Source: Malacoraja senta
Lineage: Eukaryota
NCBI GenBank assembly: GCA_038087875.1
Contig: CM075994.1
Span: forward strand, 4,776,001 to 4,840,000
Length of the DNA: 64,000 nucleotides
Direction of reading: 5' to 3'
Part shown: one piece after another, positions 1 to 13,821 of the stretch
Layout of the letters: every line of letters begins with the position of its first letter
Numbering within the stretch: the stretch's first letter is position 1
The notes under the pieces: model-generated
Database searches by the model: none
The model's input: only the letters and a program-made list of their open reading frames with translations
Told to the model about the DNA's origin: nothing
Translations under genes and position numbers: made by a program

Positions 1-825
1 TTAATTAAATGTAACGGCATGCCATTCAGGCTCAATGCCAGGTGGAGCAAACGGCCTCGAACAACTTCAGAATCTTTGGTTAGAAAGTAGTGGGTCAAAA
101 GTAAGGCCACCACGCTCGAATTTGTGCGGTAGTGGCTCATATGCACCCACCTCCCCTGCTCGCCTCCCTATCCAGGACCCATGAGGGTTCATCACTGACA
201 GCACTAAGCGTCTCTTGCAGAAAACTCACACAGTCCCCCACTCTGAGGACTGATATATGGTGAAATGTACGAAGGTCCCCCATTCGGCTATTTAGGTTTA
301 GGGCGGCAACAGCGATATTCATATTGAAGACACACTAGGGTTTTTTTCTCACACTACTCGTAGAAGTGGGTCGCCTTTCTCATAGGAGCTCAAAATAGTG
401 CCCGAACTGATTTCTCAGTCTCGAGTAGACCACTATCTTTACTGCGAAGGATACCATAAAGTTTCTGGAATTCCCGACAGGTCAGTTTGCCAGCTGACTG
501 ATAATTGATTCTACTACCCTTGTTTACTTTCAGAATCTCCATAACCCGGACACTCGAGACACAGCAATGGTATCCGGGCATTCTGCTAAATCACTGAGAC
601 CTGAAGCAACACCTTGCCCTTCACTACGCTCAAGGTCACCGTCTGAGTTCACAGGACTGCAGATGGCTGCAAGGACCTTCGTCCACTGCATAAGCTGGTT
701 TCATCATCCCCTCCTCCGGAATGAACCCCCCCCCCCCCGAGATCAGTGTCGAGCGAGCGTCGCGATTACTCTGACAGCGTTGAATTCACCGATCGGTCAT
801 GGATCGGATTTGCACGGTCGGTCTG

Positions 826-996
826 TTTTCAGGCGGAGCTTGATAGATTATGATTAGTAACCTGATCAAAATTTCCAGGAGAAGCAGGAAAATTGAGTTT
901 AGAGGTAAAGATAAATCACACATGATCGAATGGCAGAGAAGGCTCGATGGGCAGAATGTATGCTCCAAGAACTTCTTCCGGTCTTATGGTCTTATC
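826..996 (+). mobile_element. Degenerate CR1 LINE 3' end fragment
   Basis: Resembles the CR1 3' ends at 52230-52410 and 47680-47855 (gagcttgatagatt...ggagaagcagg...atgatcgaatggc...gggcagaatg); ends in short repeat tcttatggtcttat. Confidence 0.6.
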
Positions 997-2719
997 GTCT
1001 TTACTTAAGAAATACATCGACTAATATTTCAATCATTGAGAAGATTACACGTTATTTATCGAAAGCGATATATATGCATATCAATGAACTTATCAAATGT
1101 ATCATAGGAACATGAAAACAATATTCTATTATCATGTCGTGGATTGAAAATGATAATAGAATATTGTTTTCATTTTCCTATGATACATTTGATATGTATA
1201 TGATATCCATATATATCGCACACCTAATAATTTTAGGGCATCTTTACATTTTTTTTATTTCTGCAAGAAATGTCAATGGTAAATGCAATCTATTTGATAT
1301 CGAAGTTGCAAAACGTAACTAGCAGCCTGCCGAAACAAAGAAGCAGATGGACTCTTACTGAAAGACAGTTGGAATCAGTAGACACAGTGATGCCTTTGTG
1401 ATTATTTCCAGATAAGTCAATATGCCGAAAGCAATTCAAAGCAGCAAAGAACATGGAATTAGCTTCTTTTTTTCTTGATCGCAAAATGCATTTTCATATT
1501 GCAGCGTAAACGTCATCATTCGGCTATAAAGTGTGCGGGAGATGAAAGAGAATGAAAGATCTCACTCTGTGTATCTAAATGCGCACTATGATAATTTGAA
1601 TGTTAGACACAGTGGTACGTATTCAGTTGTCGTTTTTAGAAAAATATTACAAGAAACGCAATCCAAAACGAAACGGAAGTGTCCCGACGTGTTAAGTTAG
1701 CAGGTGCATCCAAAGGTTGGCGGTGGCTTCGCTTCAACTTTTGTAATAGTTGACTCATGTGTGAAGTTAATTCTATTTGGTAATGGGGAGAGCAACTAAA
1801 TGGAGCAGCGTTATTTTAGTGACAGTATGATATATCACGGAAACATTCATTGGATGGGGGGCGGGGGGGGGGGGCTGAAGTGGCAATAAGTAACGGGAAG
1901 CATAGCGGAGACAATGACCTATGTTATTTATCTGTAAATAGACCGAAGGGACAAGTTGTGTCCCGTCCCCTCAACACGTGCTTGCGGGGGCGGAGGCGGC
2001 TTGCGGCGTCACACACACACACACACACACACACACTAATCACCCCCTCCCCCCCACACACACATACGCAATAACCCCCCTTGATATTTTATTAATATTA
2101 TTTATTCGCTCGGTTTATCCCATCGCCCGCCCTTCCACTCATACATCTCCAACAAATGCACATGCGCGGCTATAGAGTGAGAGGGAGGGGGTGGAAGAGA
2201 GGGAGTGAGGGGGTGGAGAGGGAGCGGCAAGGGGTAGAGAGGGTGAGGGAGGGGTAGAGATTGAGGGTTAGGTGGCGCGCCGTGGCACAGAGGAGGGCTG
2301 GTCATCGAACGCAATACTCCAGCACTCAGCCATAGGTCCCAATAGTCACCACTCCCACGGGAAGGAGGGGGTAGAAAGGAAGGGGCCAGAGCGCGAGGGG
2401 GCCAGAGATGGAGGGGGCCGAGCAGGAGGGAGTCGCAGAGCGTGGGCAGGGGGCACAGAGGGAAGGTGTAGAGATGCGGTGTAGAGAGAAGGGGGTAGAG
2501 AGGGAGGTGGTACAGAAGGAGGGGTAAGGGCTAGAGAGGGTGTGGGGGTAGAGAGAGGGGAAGGGGTAGAGAGAGAGGGGTAGAGAGGATGTGGGAGGGA
2601 GTAGAGAGGGAGGTGCTTCAGAGGAAGGGGAGGGGGTAGAGAGGGATGGGGTGGGGGTGGCAGCCTTTTTGAATAAGCGGGGGCGGGAGAGAGTGCGAGA
2701 AGTGTGACAGACCTAGGGG

Positions 2720-2947
2720 GGAGTGTGATTAACCCGAGGGGAGTTGTGTGAATAACCCGAGGGGAGTTGTGTTTATAACCCGAGGGGAGTTGATTAAACC
2801 GTGGGGTGTATGAATTACCCGGGGGCATGTGAAAAACCTGTAGGGGAGGGTTTGAACCAATCGGGGGGGAGAGTGTGTATAATCCGGGAGCTGCGTATAT
2901 CAAACGGAGGAGGGAGTTGTGAATAACCCGGGGGGCTTGTGAATAAC
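2720..2947. repeat. ~22-23 bp degenerate minisatellite (aacccgaggggagttgtgtgaat) after a GA-rich tract (2173-2720)
   Basis: About 9-10 visible degenerate copies. Confidence 0.8.
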
Positions 2948-3418
2948 TCTACTGGAGGGGCGATTCCTAGGTGTCAACAACCTGGGATGTTTGCCGCCTT
3001 TATGAGCAGGTGATTCCGATTCTTCCAGTGGGCGGTGGGGTCGGGTGTGACTTGGCTCGAAATGTGTTGAAGATTCCGTGTGTGAGACGGCTCCGAGCTG
3101 AGCCATTGTGACGTCTCACTAATAGCTGGTTGTTTTAACTTTAAAGTCTTTTGACGTTTTGTTTAGCTTTAATCAGTAAAAAATCCATAAATAAAGCGTA
3201 CAATGTCGAGTGAAGGTATTCACTGTCTAGAGGGGGAAAATGTCAATCAGAATATCTAAAAAAATTACTTCCGGTGGCGCTAATGGTGGAGTAGAGGTGT
3301 GCGCCAGCTAGTTCCACGCAAAACCCGAGAAAAAATGGGAGAAAAATAACGGACTGTCCTGCAGAGATCGCACCGGCAGACTGAGTGACGTCATCAGTCC
3401 TGCGACTCCGGAGATATA

Positions 3419-4510
3419 ATGTCGGTAAAACACTCCCCCACAAAGGGAACGGCTAAATAACTGGGAAAAGCCAAAACTCCGGTGGAAGAAGTAGGCCCGA
3501 CTGAAGCCTCGGGCTCAGTTTCAACGTCGTCCCAGGAGGATGTTTCAAAGGTCCAGAAGCCAAAGACAAAGACAAGTGAAATGGAGGAACTTCGCATCCT
3601 TATCACTTAGAAAATTGCAAGTATCACTAAGGAAACTGCAAGTATGAGAGAAGAATTGATAAACTTTAAAAAAAAAGAACATTAAAGGAATACTGTGAGG
3701 TTTCAAAAATGAAATTAAAGAAGACCTCTTAGATTTTGAAGATAAAATCACTAAGTTTGTCCGTGCAGAACTGGTTACCATGAATGAGAAAATATGTGCA
3801 AACCTCGATTTACAAATTAATGAAGTAAATGAGAAAATTAAGTTGATTGAATCCAACCTAAATGCTAAGCTGGATCCTGTCTTCAACACAATAAATCAAC
3901 AAACTGAGGCCATAACTCATTTGGAGTCAATTGCTGATACGTTCTCTCAAACTACAGAAACACTTCTTGCCGAGTACAAGCGTTTATCAGATTTACTGCT
4001 TACAGTGACTGAAAAATGTAATGACTTGGAGGGACGCCAGAGACGTCAGAACTTAAGAATTGTTGGCGTCCTAGACGGTAAAGAAGGAACTAAAGATCTC
4101 CGTCACTATACTGCAGACTTATTGAAAAAAGTCTTGAATCTAGATCAAAAGCCTTTATTAGGCCGGGCACACATGGCTCTGGGACGTCGCTCGGGCCCGA
4201 ACTCGCCCCCAAGGCAACTGATAGTGAAGGTGCAATATGAACACGTCTTGGATGATATCATGAAAAAAATATTGCTGGCACCAGAAATCTTCTTTTCGAG
4301 GGAGACACAATCAGCATTTTCAGAGACTATCCTGCCGAAGTGGTCAAAAGCACAGCGTTATTTATCGAGACAAGAGGGATTCCTAAGAAGATAGACAACT
4401 TGAGATATGGACTGCTGCACCCTGCAAGATTGAGTGTCACCTATGAACGGAAGGAACATATTTTACTGATCACAAGAAAGCATTGGCGTTCGCCCAGAAG
4501 TTCGCCCTGA
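3419..4510 (+). pseudogene. L1 ORF1p (coiled coil + RRM, Transposase_22-like), disrupted
   Basis: ORF 3780-4394 has a heptad coiled coil then DLEGRQRRQNLRIVGVLDGKEG and RAH...PPRQLIVK, typical L1 ORF1 motifs; stops and frameshifts either side. Confidence 0.88.
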
Positions 4511-5275
4511 AGAGCGTGGGCTTGAATGCTGATTGAATAACATTCATATGATAACCTCATCTTGCGGAGAATAAATGGAACTTTAAATTGCTTTACTCAA
4601 GGACCAATGAAAGCTGATAACGACAACTGAACAGACCTTCTTGATATGGACATATTATTTTAATATTTTAGTACTAATTATTACTAACAAGTACTAATTA
4701 TTAAGACTACTATTATTATTATTAGAATAATTAGTTAAAAATATGAATTGCAAACAAGCTATAACCAGGGTATTTTATTAATTAAAATTAGCTATGTTTA
4801 TTCTTTTTTTTACATCAGACTAACATTTGGCTATTACTTAGCCAAGAGAGTATTAGTCTCTCATTACATGATTACTAATCTTTTGGACCAAAATAGTTAT
4901 AACATTAATCCCGTAAATCACTCTTATTAATTTTTTTAAACAAAATTTAGCGTGGTGCTAGTAATATTTTTTTTAAGGCTACGGAAGTCCTTAGATGGCC
5001 AGCCACGTAAGTGTGGCTTACACTAACTACACTATTTGTAGATGTAGTTTCTTCTTTTTTCTTGCACTTTATTAACCTTTATTTTTTGACTTTCTTTCTT
5101 TATTTGTTATTTAATTACTATCATAAAGTTGATTTGAATGATAAGTATTATTTGTGGAGAGCAGTCCGGGAGGAGGATCTATTAAATTTAAAACTCATCT
5201 GTCCTGTGTTCGGGTGGATTGTCTGGCATACTGTGCTGAGCTATCTACTCTTTTATAGATTACCTTAACCATAAG

Positions 5276-8164
5276 ATGCAAGACGTTAATAGAAAAATTG
5301 GCGATTAAGGAATTACTTTTTGTAGCTGGAACGTTAAGGGAATTAATGAATCAGGCAAGAGAGGTAAAGTATTAGCACACTTAAATTCACTCAATGCAGA
5401 TATAATATTTCTTCAAGAAACTCATTTTAACAATGATGCACAACATAGATTGAAAGCAAAATGGATTGCTGAAACATATCATTCTTCATTCTCCCATAAG
5501 GCCAGAGGGGGCGCAATTTAAATCCGCAAAGGTATACCTTTTAAACGTATATCAACTATTGCGAACAACAATGGTAGATATATTATACTAGTGGATGAAT
5601 TATATATTAAAAAAGTGATTCTTCTCAATGTATATGGACCAAATTTTCATAATCTTTTGTTTTTTAAGAACATACTTAATACTATCCCGGAACTCACTCA
5701 ACATAACTTGATAATTGGTGGAGGCTTAAATTGTACACTAGACTCTTATCTAGCCAGATCATCAAGACAAAGAAAAGTAAAATCTAAGACAAGCGAATTA
5801 TTAAACTCATACAATAATACTACTAATATCAAAGATGTTTGGATAATTGAAAAAGCATCCGGAAGGGAATACTCATTCTACTCTCCGGTACAAAAAAATT
5901 ACTCAAGGATAGATTATTTGTAGTAGATTCTAACCATATTCCATTCACTTATAATTCGAAATATCATAATATAATAATTTCGGACCATGCTCCTTTAACA
6001 TTTATGATCAAACTAAGTGGAATGACTGAGAAGCAGACACAATGGTGACTTAATCCTCAAATTCTAAATGATAAGACATGTTATGAATACGTTATCACAC
6101 AGATACATATGTTTTTAGAGACTATTGACTGCCCTGAAATATCTGCCTCCCTTGTTTGGGAAACATTTAAACCATTTGTACGAGGCGCGTTAATCTCCAC
6201 GCAAGCCTTTCGTAATAAAGAGAATCGCGCCAAACAAAAGGTATTGGAAATGGAGATAAGGCAATTAGATATGGAAAATGCAATCGCGCCCCCTACGATA
6301 ATACATAATAAAATTGCTGCACTCAAATATAAGTTAAATCAAATATACTCAGATCAATTCATAAAACTTTATCAAAATACTAAACAGCTACATTTTGAGT
6401 TTGGTGATAAACCACAAAAAATAAACTAACGTCAACTCCGGTAACAGGAAGGGGGAAAAACAATTTATAAAATTAAATCTGCTACGGGAGAAATACTAAC
6501 ATTACCCAAGGATATTAATGATAGATTTTCTCAATACTACCAAACACTTTACTCAACCAAAACAATAGTGTGGTCTGCAGGAATGGAATCATTTTTACAG
6601 AAATGTAATCTTACAGGTTTAGATCTGAAAGAGAGAGAATTATTAGGGGCCGAAATATCAGTAAAAGATATTGAAGAATCGATTAGATCTTTAAAAAATG
6701 GAAAGGCCGCTGGCTCTGAAGGTCTAAATAGCGAATTTATTTTAAAAATCCATCATCTGAGCTCCCCACGCCTACAGACACTATATACTCATGCCTTCAT
6801 GCAACAGAAACTACCAGAAACTTTAAATGAATCAACAATAATACATACCCAAAATGTATAAGGACCCTGAAGACCCAGGTTCATATAGAGCAATTGGTCT
6901 CTTAAACACCGATCAGAAAATATTAACCAAATTTTCAGCCCATAGATTATGTTTAGTGATTCGTAAATTAATACACCCTGACCAAACAGGCTTTATTCCA
7001 TAGCGCTACACATATTATAATCTGATTATTTAATGTTATATACTCAAATAGAATAGCTAATGTAGATCTAGCAGTCATCGCGTTAGACGCTGCGAAGAAC
7101 ATTCGATCAAGTGGAATGGCCCTATTTATTTCCGGTGATGAATAATGTGAAAACCCTATAATATATATTGGTATTCGAATTCGGAAACAACTGAAAAAGA
7201 CATTAAAATTAGACAATTTATCGCTTTCTCTCCCCATTGTAAATAATCCTTCATTTAAACCCTTAGTGTTGGATAAAGGTTTTGTACAATGGAAAAATCA
7301 TGGAATTAAAAAGATGGGGCATCTTTATAGAAATGGTATTTTTCTCCCTTTTCAGGAGCTACAACAGAATTATGTATTACATTCAAATAATTTGTTTAGA
7401 TATTTACAACTTAAAGATTATGTTAAATCACATATACAAGAATACAGGACTATAGAACCAGAGATTCTAGATGAATGTTTGAATAAACACCCTAACACAG
7501 TTAAATTAATATCTTACATTTATAATAGTCTATTAGACAGTGAGATTCCGTCGACGGAATTATATAGACTAGCATGGGAAAATGAATTAGCTCAACCCAT
7601 AACAAAAGATATTTGGGATGAAAGTCTACAAAATATACATCAATGCACATTAAATGCCAGACATTCTTTAATACATTTTAAAGTACTATTTAGACTGCAT
7701 TATTCTAAAACAAATTTAAATATAATCTTTCCTAATATCTCTCCTATCTGTGAGAAATGCCAATACTCGGCGGCTAATTTAACCCATACTTTTGTAAATT
7801 GTATAAAAATTAAAAATTTCTGAGTGGATATTTTTAAAATAATCTCCGTAGTTGTTAATACTCAACTGGATCCCAATCCTAAATGTATAATATTGGGCAT
7901 ATCAGAACAATACCTAAAACTTACAACAAACCAAAGACATTTCCTTGATTACAGTATAATAATTGGGAAAAAAATAATATTAAAATTTTGGAAAAATCCA
8001 GCAACCCCCACAAATAAGATATGGATTATGGAGAGGTCGGAGACCTTATAGTTGGAAAAAATAGATATGTCTTAATTGACAAACCAGAATTGTTTAGTAA
8101 AATATGGTCTCCATTTATAGATTATTTGAAGGGGTGGATTGGGCCGGCACGTAGGCCAGACTGA
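5276..8164 (+). pseudogene. L1 ORF2p (APE endonuclease, partial RT, C-terminal CCHC), disrupted
   Basis: EN motifs SWNVKG, LQETH, NVYGPN, SRIDY, SDH; RT N-terminal motifs YRAIGLLNTDQKILTK, HPDQTGFI, VEWPYL; C-terminal CEKC...HTFVNC. No QG/PLSP or YADD motifs seen; many stops. Confidence 0.9.
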
Positions 8165-10344
8165 AACCGGAACCCAGGACAAATTTGAATATTTATGTTT
8201 TCTGCCCTACGGACCTCGCTCCTAAGTTGCATTATTGATAGCTTATCTTATTTTTCTAATTTCTTCTCTTTAATTCTTTATTTTTCTGATCTATAAACAT
8301 AAATAAATAATTAGAGGATTGTTAATATGTAACCAATAAAGGAGGACTCCAGCTACTTTTGTAACTGTGTCCCAGGATCCCTGGATATTTAAAATGTAAT
8401 CGTTAAACAAGTTTTCTATTGGTTTGGACTATGATATGCAGATGCCTCAAATAAAAATTTAAATAAAAACAAATCTAAAACATTTTATCGTTACCGCGTA
8501 CTGTTTTTCCGAAGACGAAAATACACACACGTACACGCAAAGATCTGCACATGAACAAGATTAGAGTTTTATTTACTACTAGAGAAACTGCACTTGAATT
8601 TGGCGGCCTTGCACACTGCTTGAAGTGGTAGGAAACTACCCAAGTATGGTGGCCTTGCACTCTGCTTGAAGTGGTATGAATCTGCACTTGAGTTTGGTGG
8701 ACATTGACCCTGCTTGAACTGGTATGAAACTGCACTCGAGTTTGGTGGACTTGCACCCTGCTTGAAGTTGTATGAAACTGCACTTGAATTTGGTGGCATT
8801 GCCCTCTGCATGAAGTGGCAAGAAACAGCACTTGAATTTGGTGACCATTCACCCTGCATGAAGTGGTAGGAAACTGCACTTGAATTTGGTGGCCTTGCAC
8901 CCAGATAGAATTTGTATGAAACTGCACTTGAGTTTGGTGCACTTTGACCCCGCTTGAAGTGGTATGAAACTGCACACGAGTTTGGTGGAATTGCACCCAA
9001 TTTGAAGTGGTATGAAACTGCACTTGAATTTGGTGGCCTTGCAACCTGCTTGAAGCGGTATAAAAATGCATATGAATTTGGTGACGTTGCACCCTGCGTG
9101 AAGTGGCTCGAAACTGCACTTGAATTTTCTGGCCTTGCACCCCGATTGAAGTGGCATGAAACTGCACATGTTTGGTGGCCTTGCACCCTGCTTAAAGTGG
9201 TAGGAAAATGCACTTGAGTATGGTTGCCCTGGGCCCTGCTTGAAGATGTAGGAGACTGCACTAGAATTTGGTGGCCTTGCACACTGCTTAAAGTGGTAGG
9301 ACACTGCACTTGAATATGGTGGCCTTGCACCCTGCTTGAAGTGGTATGAAACTGCACTCGAGTTTGGTGGACCTGCTCCCTCCTTGAAGTGGTATGAAAC
9401 TGCATTTGAATTTGGTGGCCTTGCACCTTGAGTGAAGTGGCATGACACTGCACTTGAGTTTGGTGGCCAAGCACCCTGCTTGAAGTGGCATAAAACTGCA
9501 CTTGAATTTGCTGGCCTTGCACTCTGATTCAAGTGGCATGAAACTGCACTTGAGGTTGGTGAACTTGCGCCCTGCATGAAGTGGCATGAAACTGCACTTG
9601 AGTTTGTTGGCCTTGCACCCTGCATGAAGTGGCAAGAAACTGCACTTGAATTTGGTGGCCCTGCACCCTGCTTGAAGTGGTAGGAATCTGCACTTGATTA
9701 TGGTGGTCTTGCACCCTGCTTGAAGTAGTATGATACTGCACTTGAATTTGCTGGCCTTGCACTCTGATTTAAGTGGCATGAAACTGAAGTTGAGTTTGGT
9801 GGACTTGCACCCTGCATGAAGTGGCATGAAACTGCACTTGAGTTTGGGGGCCTTGCACCCTGCATGAAGTGGTAGGAAACTGCACTTGAGTGTGGTGGCC
9901 CTGCACCCTGCTTGTAGTGGTATGAAACTGCACTTGCATTTGGTGGCCTTGCACCCTGCTTGAAGTGGCATGAAACTGCACTTGAATTTGCTGGCCTTGC
10001 ACTCTGACTGAAGTGGCATGAAACTGCACTTGATGTTGGTGGACTTGCACTCTGCATGAAGTGGCATGAAACAGAACTTGAGTTTGGTGGCCTTGCACCC
10101 TGCATGAAGTGGTAGGAAACTGTACTTGAGTGTGGTGGCCCTGCACCCTGCTTGAAGCGGTAGGAAACTGCAATTGAGTTTGGTGGACTTGGGCTCTGCT
10201 TGAAGTGATATGAAACTGCACTTGAGTGTGGTGGATTTGCACCCTCCTTGAAGTGGCTTGAAACTGCACTTGAATTTTATGGCCATGCACCCTGCTTGAA
10301 GTGGCATGAATCTGCAGTTGAATTGAGTGCCCTTGCATGCTGCT

Positions 10345-10537
10345 TTAAACAACGTTTGAATTGGTTTGGACTTTGATATGCAGTTGCCTCTAATAAAAAT
10401 GTAATAATAAAAAAAATCAAAAGTAAATCTAAAAAATGTTATTGTTACCGCGTACTGTTTTTGCGAAGACGAAAATACACAAACATATACGCAAAGATAT
10501 GCACACGAACACGATCAGAGTATTATTATCTACTAGA
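10345..10537. repeat. Array spacer copy 1 (L1 3' tail + inverted Helitron 5' end)
   Basis: Homologous to 8401-8583 (ttaaacaa...ttggtttggac..gatatgcag..cctc..aataaaa...gttaccgcgtactgtt...tactaga). Confidence 0.92.
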
Positions 10538-13500
10538 GAAAATGCACGTGAATTTGGTGGCCTTGCACCCCGCTTGAATTGGTAGGAAACTGCACGAATA
10601 TGGTGGCCTTGCACCCTGCTTCAAGTGGTATGAATCTGCACTTGAGTTTGGTGGACTTTGACCCTGCTTGAAATGGTATGAAACTGCACTCGTGTTTGGT
10701 GGACTTGCACCCTGCTTGAAGTGGTATGAAACTGCACTTGAGTTTGGTGGACATGCACCCTCCTTGAAGTGGCATGAAACTGCACTTGGAATTTATGGCC
10801 ATGCACCCTGCTTGAAGTGGCATGAAACTACAGTTGAATTTAGTGCCCTTGCACCCTGCTTGAAGTGGTATGAAACTGAATTTGAGTTTGGTGGACTTTC
10901 AACCAGCTTGAAATGGTGTGAAACTGCTCCTAAATTTGGAGGCTTTTCACCCTGCTTGATGTGGCATGAAACTGCACTTGAATATGGTGGCCTTGCCCCG
11001 TGCATGAAGTGCCATGAAACTGCACTTGAATTTGGTGACCTTGCACTCTGCAGGAAGTGGCATGAAACTGCATTTGATTGTGGTGGCCTGGCACCCTGCT
11101 TGAAGTGGTAGGAAACTGCACTTGAATTTGGTGGCCTTGCACCCTGATAGAATTTGTATGAAACTGCACTTGAGTTTGGTGCACTTTGACCCCGCTTGAA
11201 GTGGTATGAAACTGCACTCGAGTTTGGTGGACTTGCACCCAAATTGAAGTGGCATGAAGCTGCACTTGAATTTGTTGGCCTTGCAGCCTGCTTGAAGCGG
11301 TATAAAAATGCATATGAATTTGGTGACCTTGCACCCTGCTTGAAGTGGCTCGAAACTGCACTTGAATTTTCTGGCCTTGCACCCTGATTGAAGTGGCATG
11401 AAACTGCACATGTTTGGTGGCCTTGCACCCTGCTTGAAGTGGTAGGAAAATGCACTTGAGTATGGTTGCCCTGGGCCCTGCTTGAAGATGTAGGAGACTG
11501 CACTTGAATTTGGTGGCCTTGCACACTGCTTAAAGTGGTAGGACACTGCACTTGAATATGGTGGCCTTGCAACCTGCTTGAAGTGGTATGAAACTGCACT
11601 CGAGTTTGGTGGACCTGCTCCCTCCTTGAAGTGGTATGAAACTGCATTTGAATTTGGTGGCCTTGCACCTTGAGTGAAGTGGCATGACACTGCACTTGAG
11701 TTTGGTTGCCTTGCACCCTGCTTGAAGTGGTAGGAAATTGCACTTGCGATTGGTGGCCCTGCACCCTGCTTGAAGTGGTAGGAAACTGCACTTGAATTTG
11801 GTGGCCTTGCACCCTGCTTGAAGTGATAGGAAACTGCACTTGGATATGGTGGTCTTGCACCCTGCTTGAAGTGGTATGAAACAGCACTTGAGTTTGGTGG
11901 ACTTTGACCCGGCTTCATGTGATATAATAATGCACTCGAGTTTGGTTGACATGCACCCTGCTTGAACTGGTATGAAACTGCACTTGAATTTGGTGGACTT
12001 GCACCCTCGTTGAAGTGGCTTGAAACTGCACTTGAATTTTATGGCCATGCACCCTGCTTGAAGTGGCATGAAACTGCAGTTGAATTTAGTGCCCTTGCAC
12101 CCTGCTTGAAGTGGTATGAAACTGAACTTGAGTTTGGTGGACTTTCAACCAGCTTGAAATGGTGTGAAACTGCTCCTAAATTTGGAGGCCTTTCACCCTG
12201 CTTGATGTGGCATGAAACTGCACTTGAATATGGTGGCCTTGCCCCGTGCATGAAGTGGCATGACACTGCACTTGAATTTGGTGACCTTGCACTCTGCAGG
12301 AAGTGGCATGGAACTGCATTTGAATTTGGTGGCCTGGCACCCTGCTTGAAGTGGTAGGAAACTGCACTTGAATTTGGTGGCCTTGCACCCAGATAGAATT
12401 TGTATGAAACTGCACTTGAGTTTGGTGCACTTTGACCCCGCTTGAAGTGGTATGAAACTGCACACGAGTTTGGTGGACTTGCACCGAATTTGAAGTGGTA
12501 TGAAACTGCACTTGAATTTGGTGGCCTTGCAACCTGCTTGAAGCGGTATAAAAATGCATATGAATTTGGTGACGTTGCACCCTGCTTGAAGTGGCTCGAA
12601 ACTGCACTTGAATTTTCTGGCCTTGCACCCTGATTGAAGTGGCATGAAACTGCACATGTTTGGTGGCCTTGCACCCTGCTTAAAGTGGTAGGAAAATGCA
12701 CTTGAGTATGGTTGCCCTGGGCCCTGCTTGAAGATGTAGGAGACTGCACTAGAATTTGGTGGCCTTGCACACTGCTTAAAGTGGTAGGACACTGCACTTG
12801 AATATGGTGGCCTTGCACCCTGCTTGAAGTGGTATGAAACTGCACTCGGGTTTGGTGGACCTGCTCCCTCCTTGAAGTGGTATGAAACTGCATTTGAATT
12901 TGGTGGCCTTGCACCTTGAGTGAAGTGGCATGACACTGCACTTGAGTTTGGTGGCCAAGCACCCTGCTTGAAGTGGCATAAAACTGCACTTGAATTTGTT
13001 GGCCTTGCACTCTGATTCAAGTGGCATGAGACTGCACTTGAGGTTGGTGGACTTGCACCCTGCATGAAGTGGCATGAAACTGCACTTGAGTTTGTTGGCC
13101 TTGCACCCTGCTTGAAGTGGCAAGAAACTGCACTTGAATTTGGTGGCCCTGCACCCTGCTTGAAGTGGTAGGAATCTGCACTTGAATATGGTGGTCTTGC
13201 ACCCTGCTTGAAGTAGTATGATACTGCACTTGAATTTGCTGGCCTTGCACTCTGATTTAAGTGGCGTGAAACTGAAGTTGAGTTTGGTGGACTTGCACCC
13301 TGCATGAAGTGGCATGAAACTGCACTTGAGTTAGGTGGCCTTGCACCCTGCATGAAGTGGTAGGAAACTGCACTTGAGTGTGGTGGCCCTGCACCCTGCT
13401 TGAAGTGGAAGGAAACTGCACTTGAATTTGGTGGCCTTGCACCCTGCTTGAAGTGGTAGGAAACTGCACTTGAATATGGTGAACTTGCAGCCTGCTTGAA

Positions 13501-13685
13501 GTGGTATGAAACTGCACTTGAGTTTGGTGGACTTGGGCTCTGCTTGAAGTGATATGAAACTGCACTTGAGTTTGGTGGACTTGCACCCTCCTTGAAGTGG
13601 CTTGAAACCGCACATGAATTTTATGGCCATGCACCATGCTTGAAGTGGCATGAAACTGCATTTGAATTTAGTGCCCTGCATCCTG

Positions 13686-13821
13686 CGTTAAACAACATTT
13701 GTATTGGTTTGGACTATGATATGCAGTTACCGCATACTGATTTTGCGAAGACGAAAATACACACACATATACGCAAATATATGCACACGAACAAGATCAG
13801 AGTATTATTATCTGCTATAGA
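13686..13821. repeat. Array spacer copy 2 (60-bp internal deletion)
   Basis: Same as 20781-20976 but joins atgcag directly to ttaccgc. Confidence 0.92.

Larger units (their letters stand above)
3267..8472 (+). mobile_element. Full-length, decayed LINE-1 with internal RT deletion
   Basis: Starts acttccggtggcgc; ORF1, ~760-bp AT-rich spacer, ORF2, then A-rich tail (aataaaaatttaaataaaaacaa). Degenerate TSD atctaaaaaaatt (3254-3266) / atctaaaacatt (8473-8484). Confidence 0.9.
1938..8583 (-). mobile_element. Non-autonomous Helitron-like element (A), interrupted by an L1
   Basis: Minus-strand 3' end: hairpin gggaca-agttg-tgtccc (1948-1964) then a CTAT (degenerate CTAG) terminus at 1938-1941. Minus-strand 5' end TCTAGTAGTAAATAAAACTCT at 8583 resembles TCTATATACTTTTAAAACTCT at 54068. 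Short internal motifs (tgtacgcttt, gtgacgtcacaatgg) resemble the 54-kb Helitron; low-complexity purine tract inside. Confidence 0.6.

Noticed and set aside
1..820. Possible old TE or exon sequence
   Set aside because: No motif I can recognise.
2102..2903. Pro/Leu/Ser-rich ORFs
   Set aside because: Translation of low-complexity GA/CT tracts.
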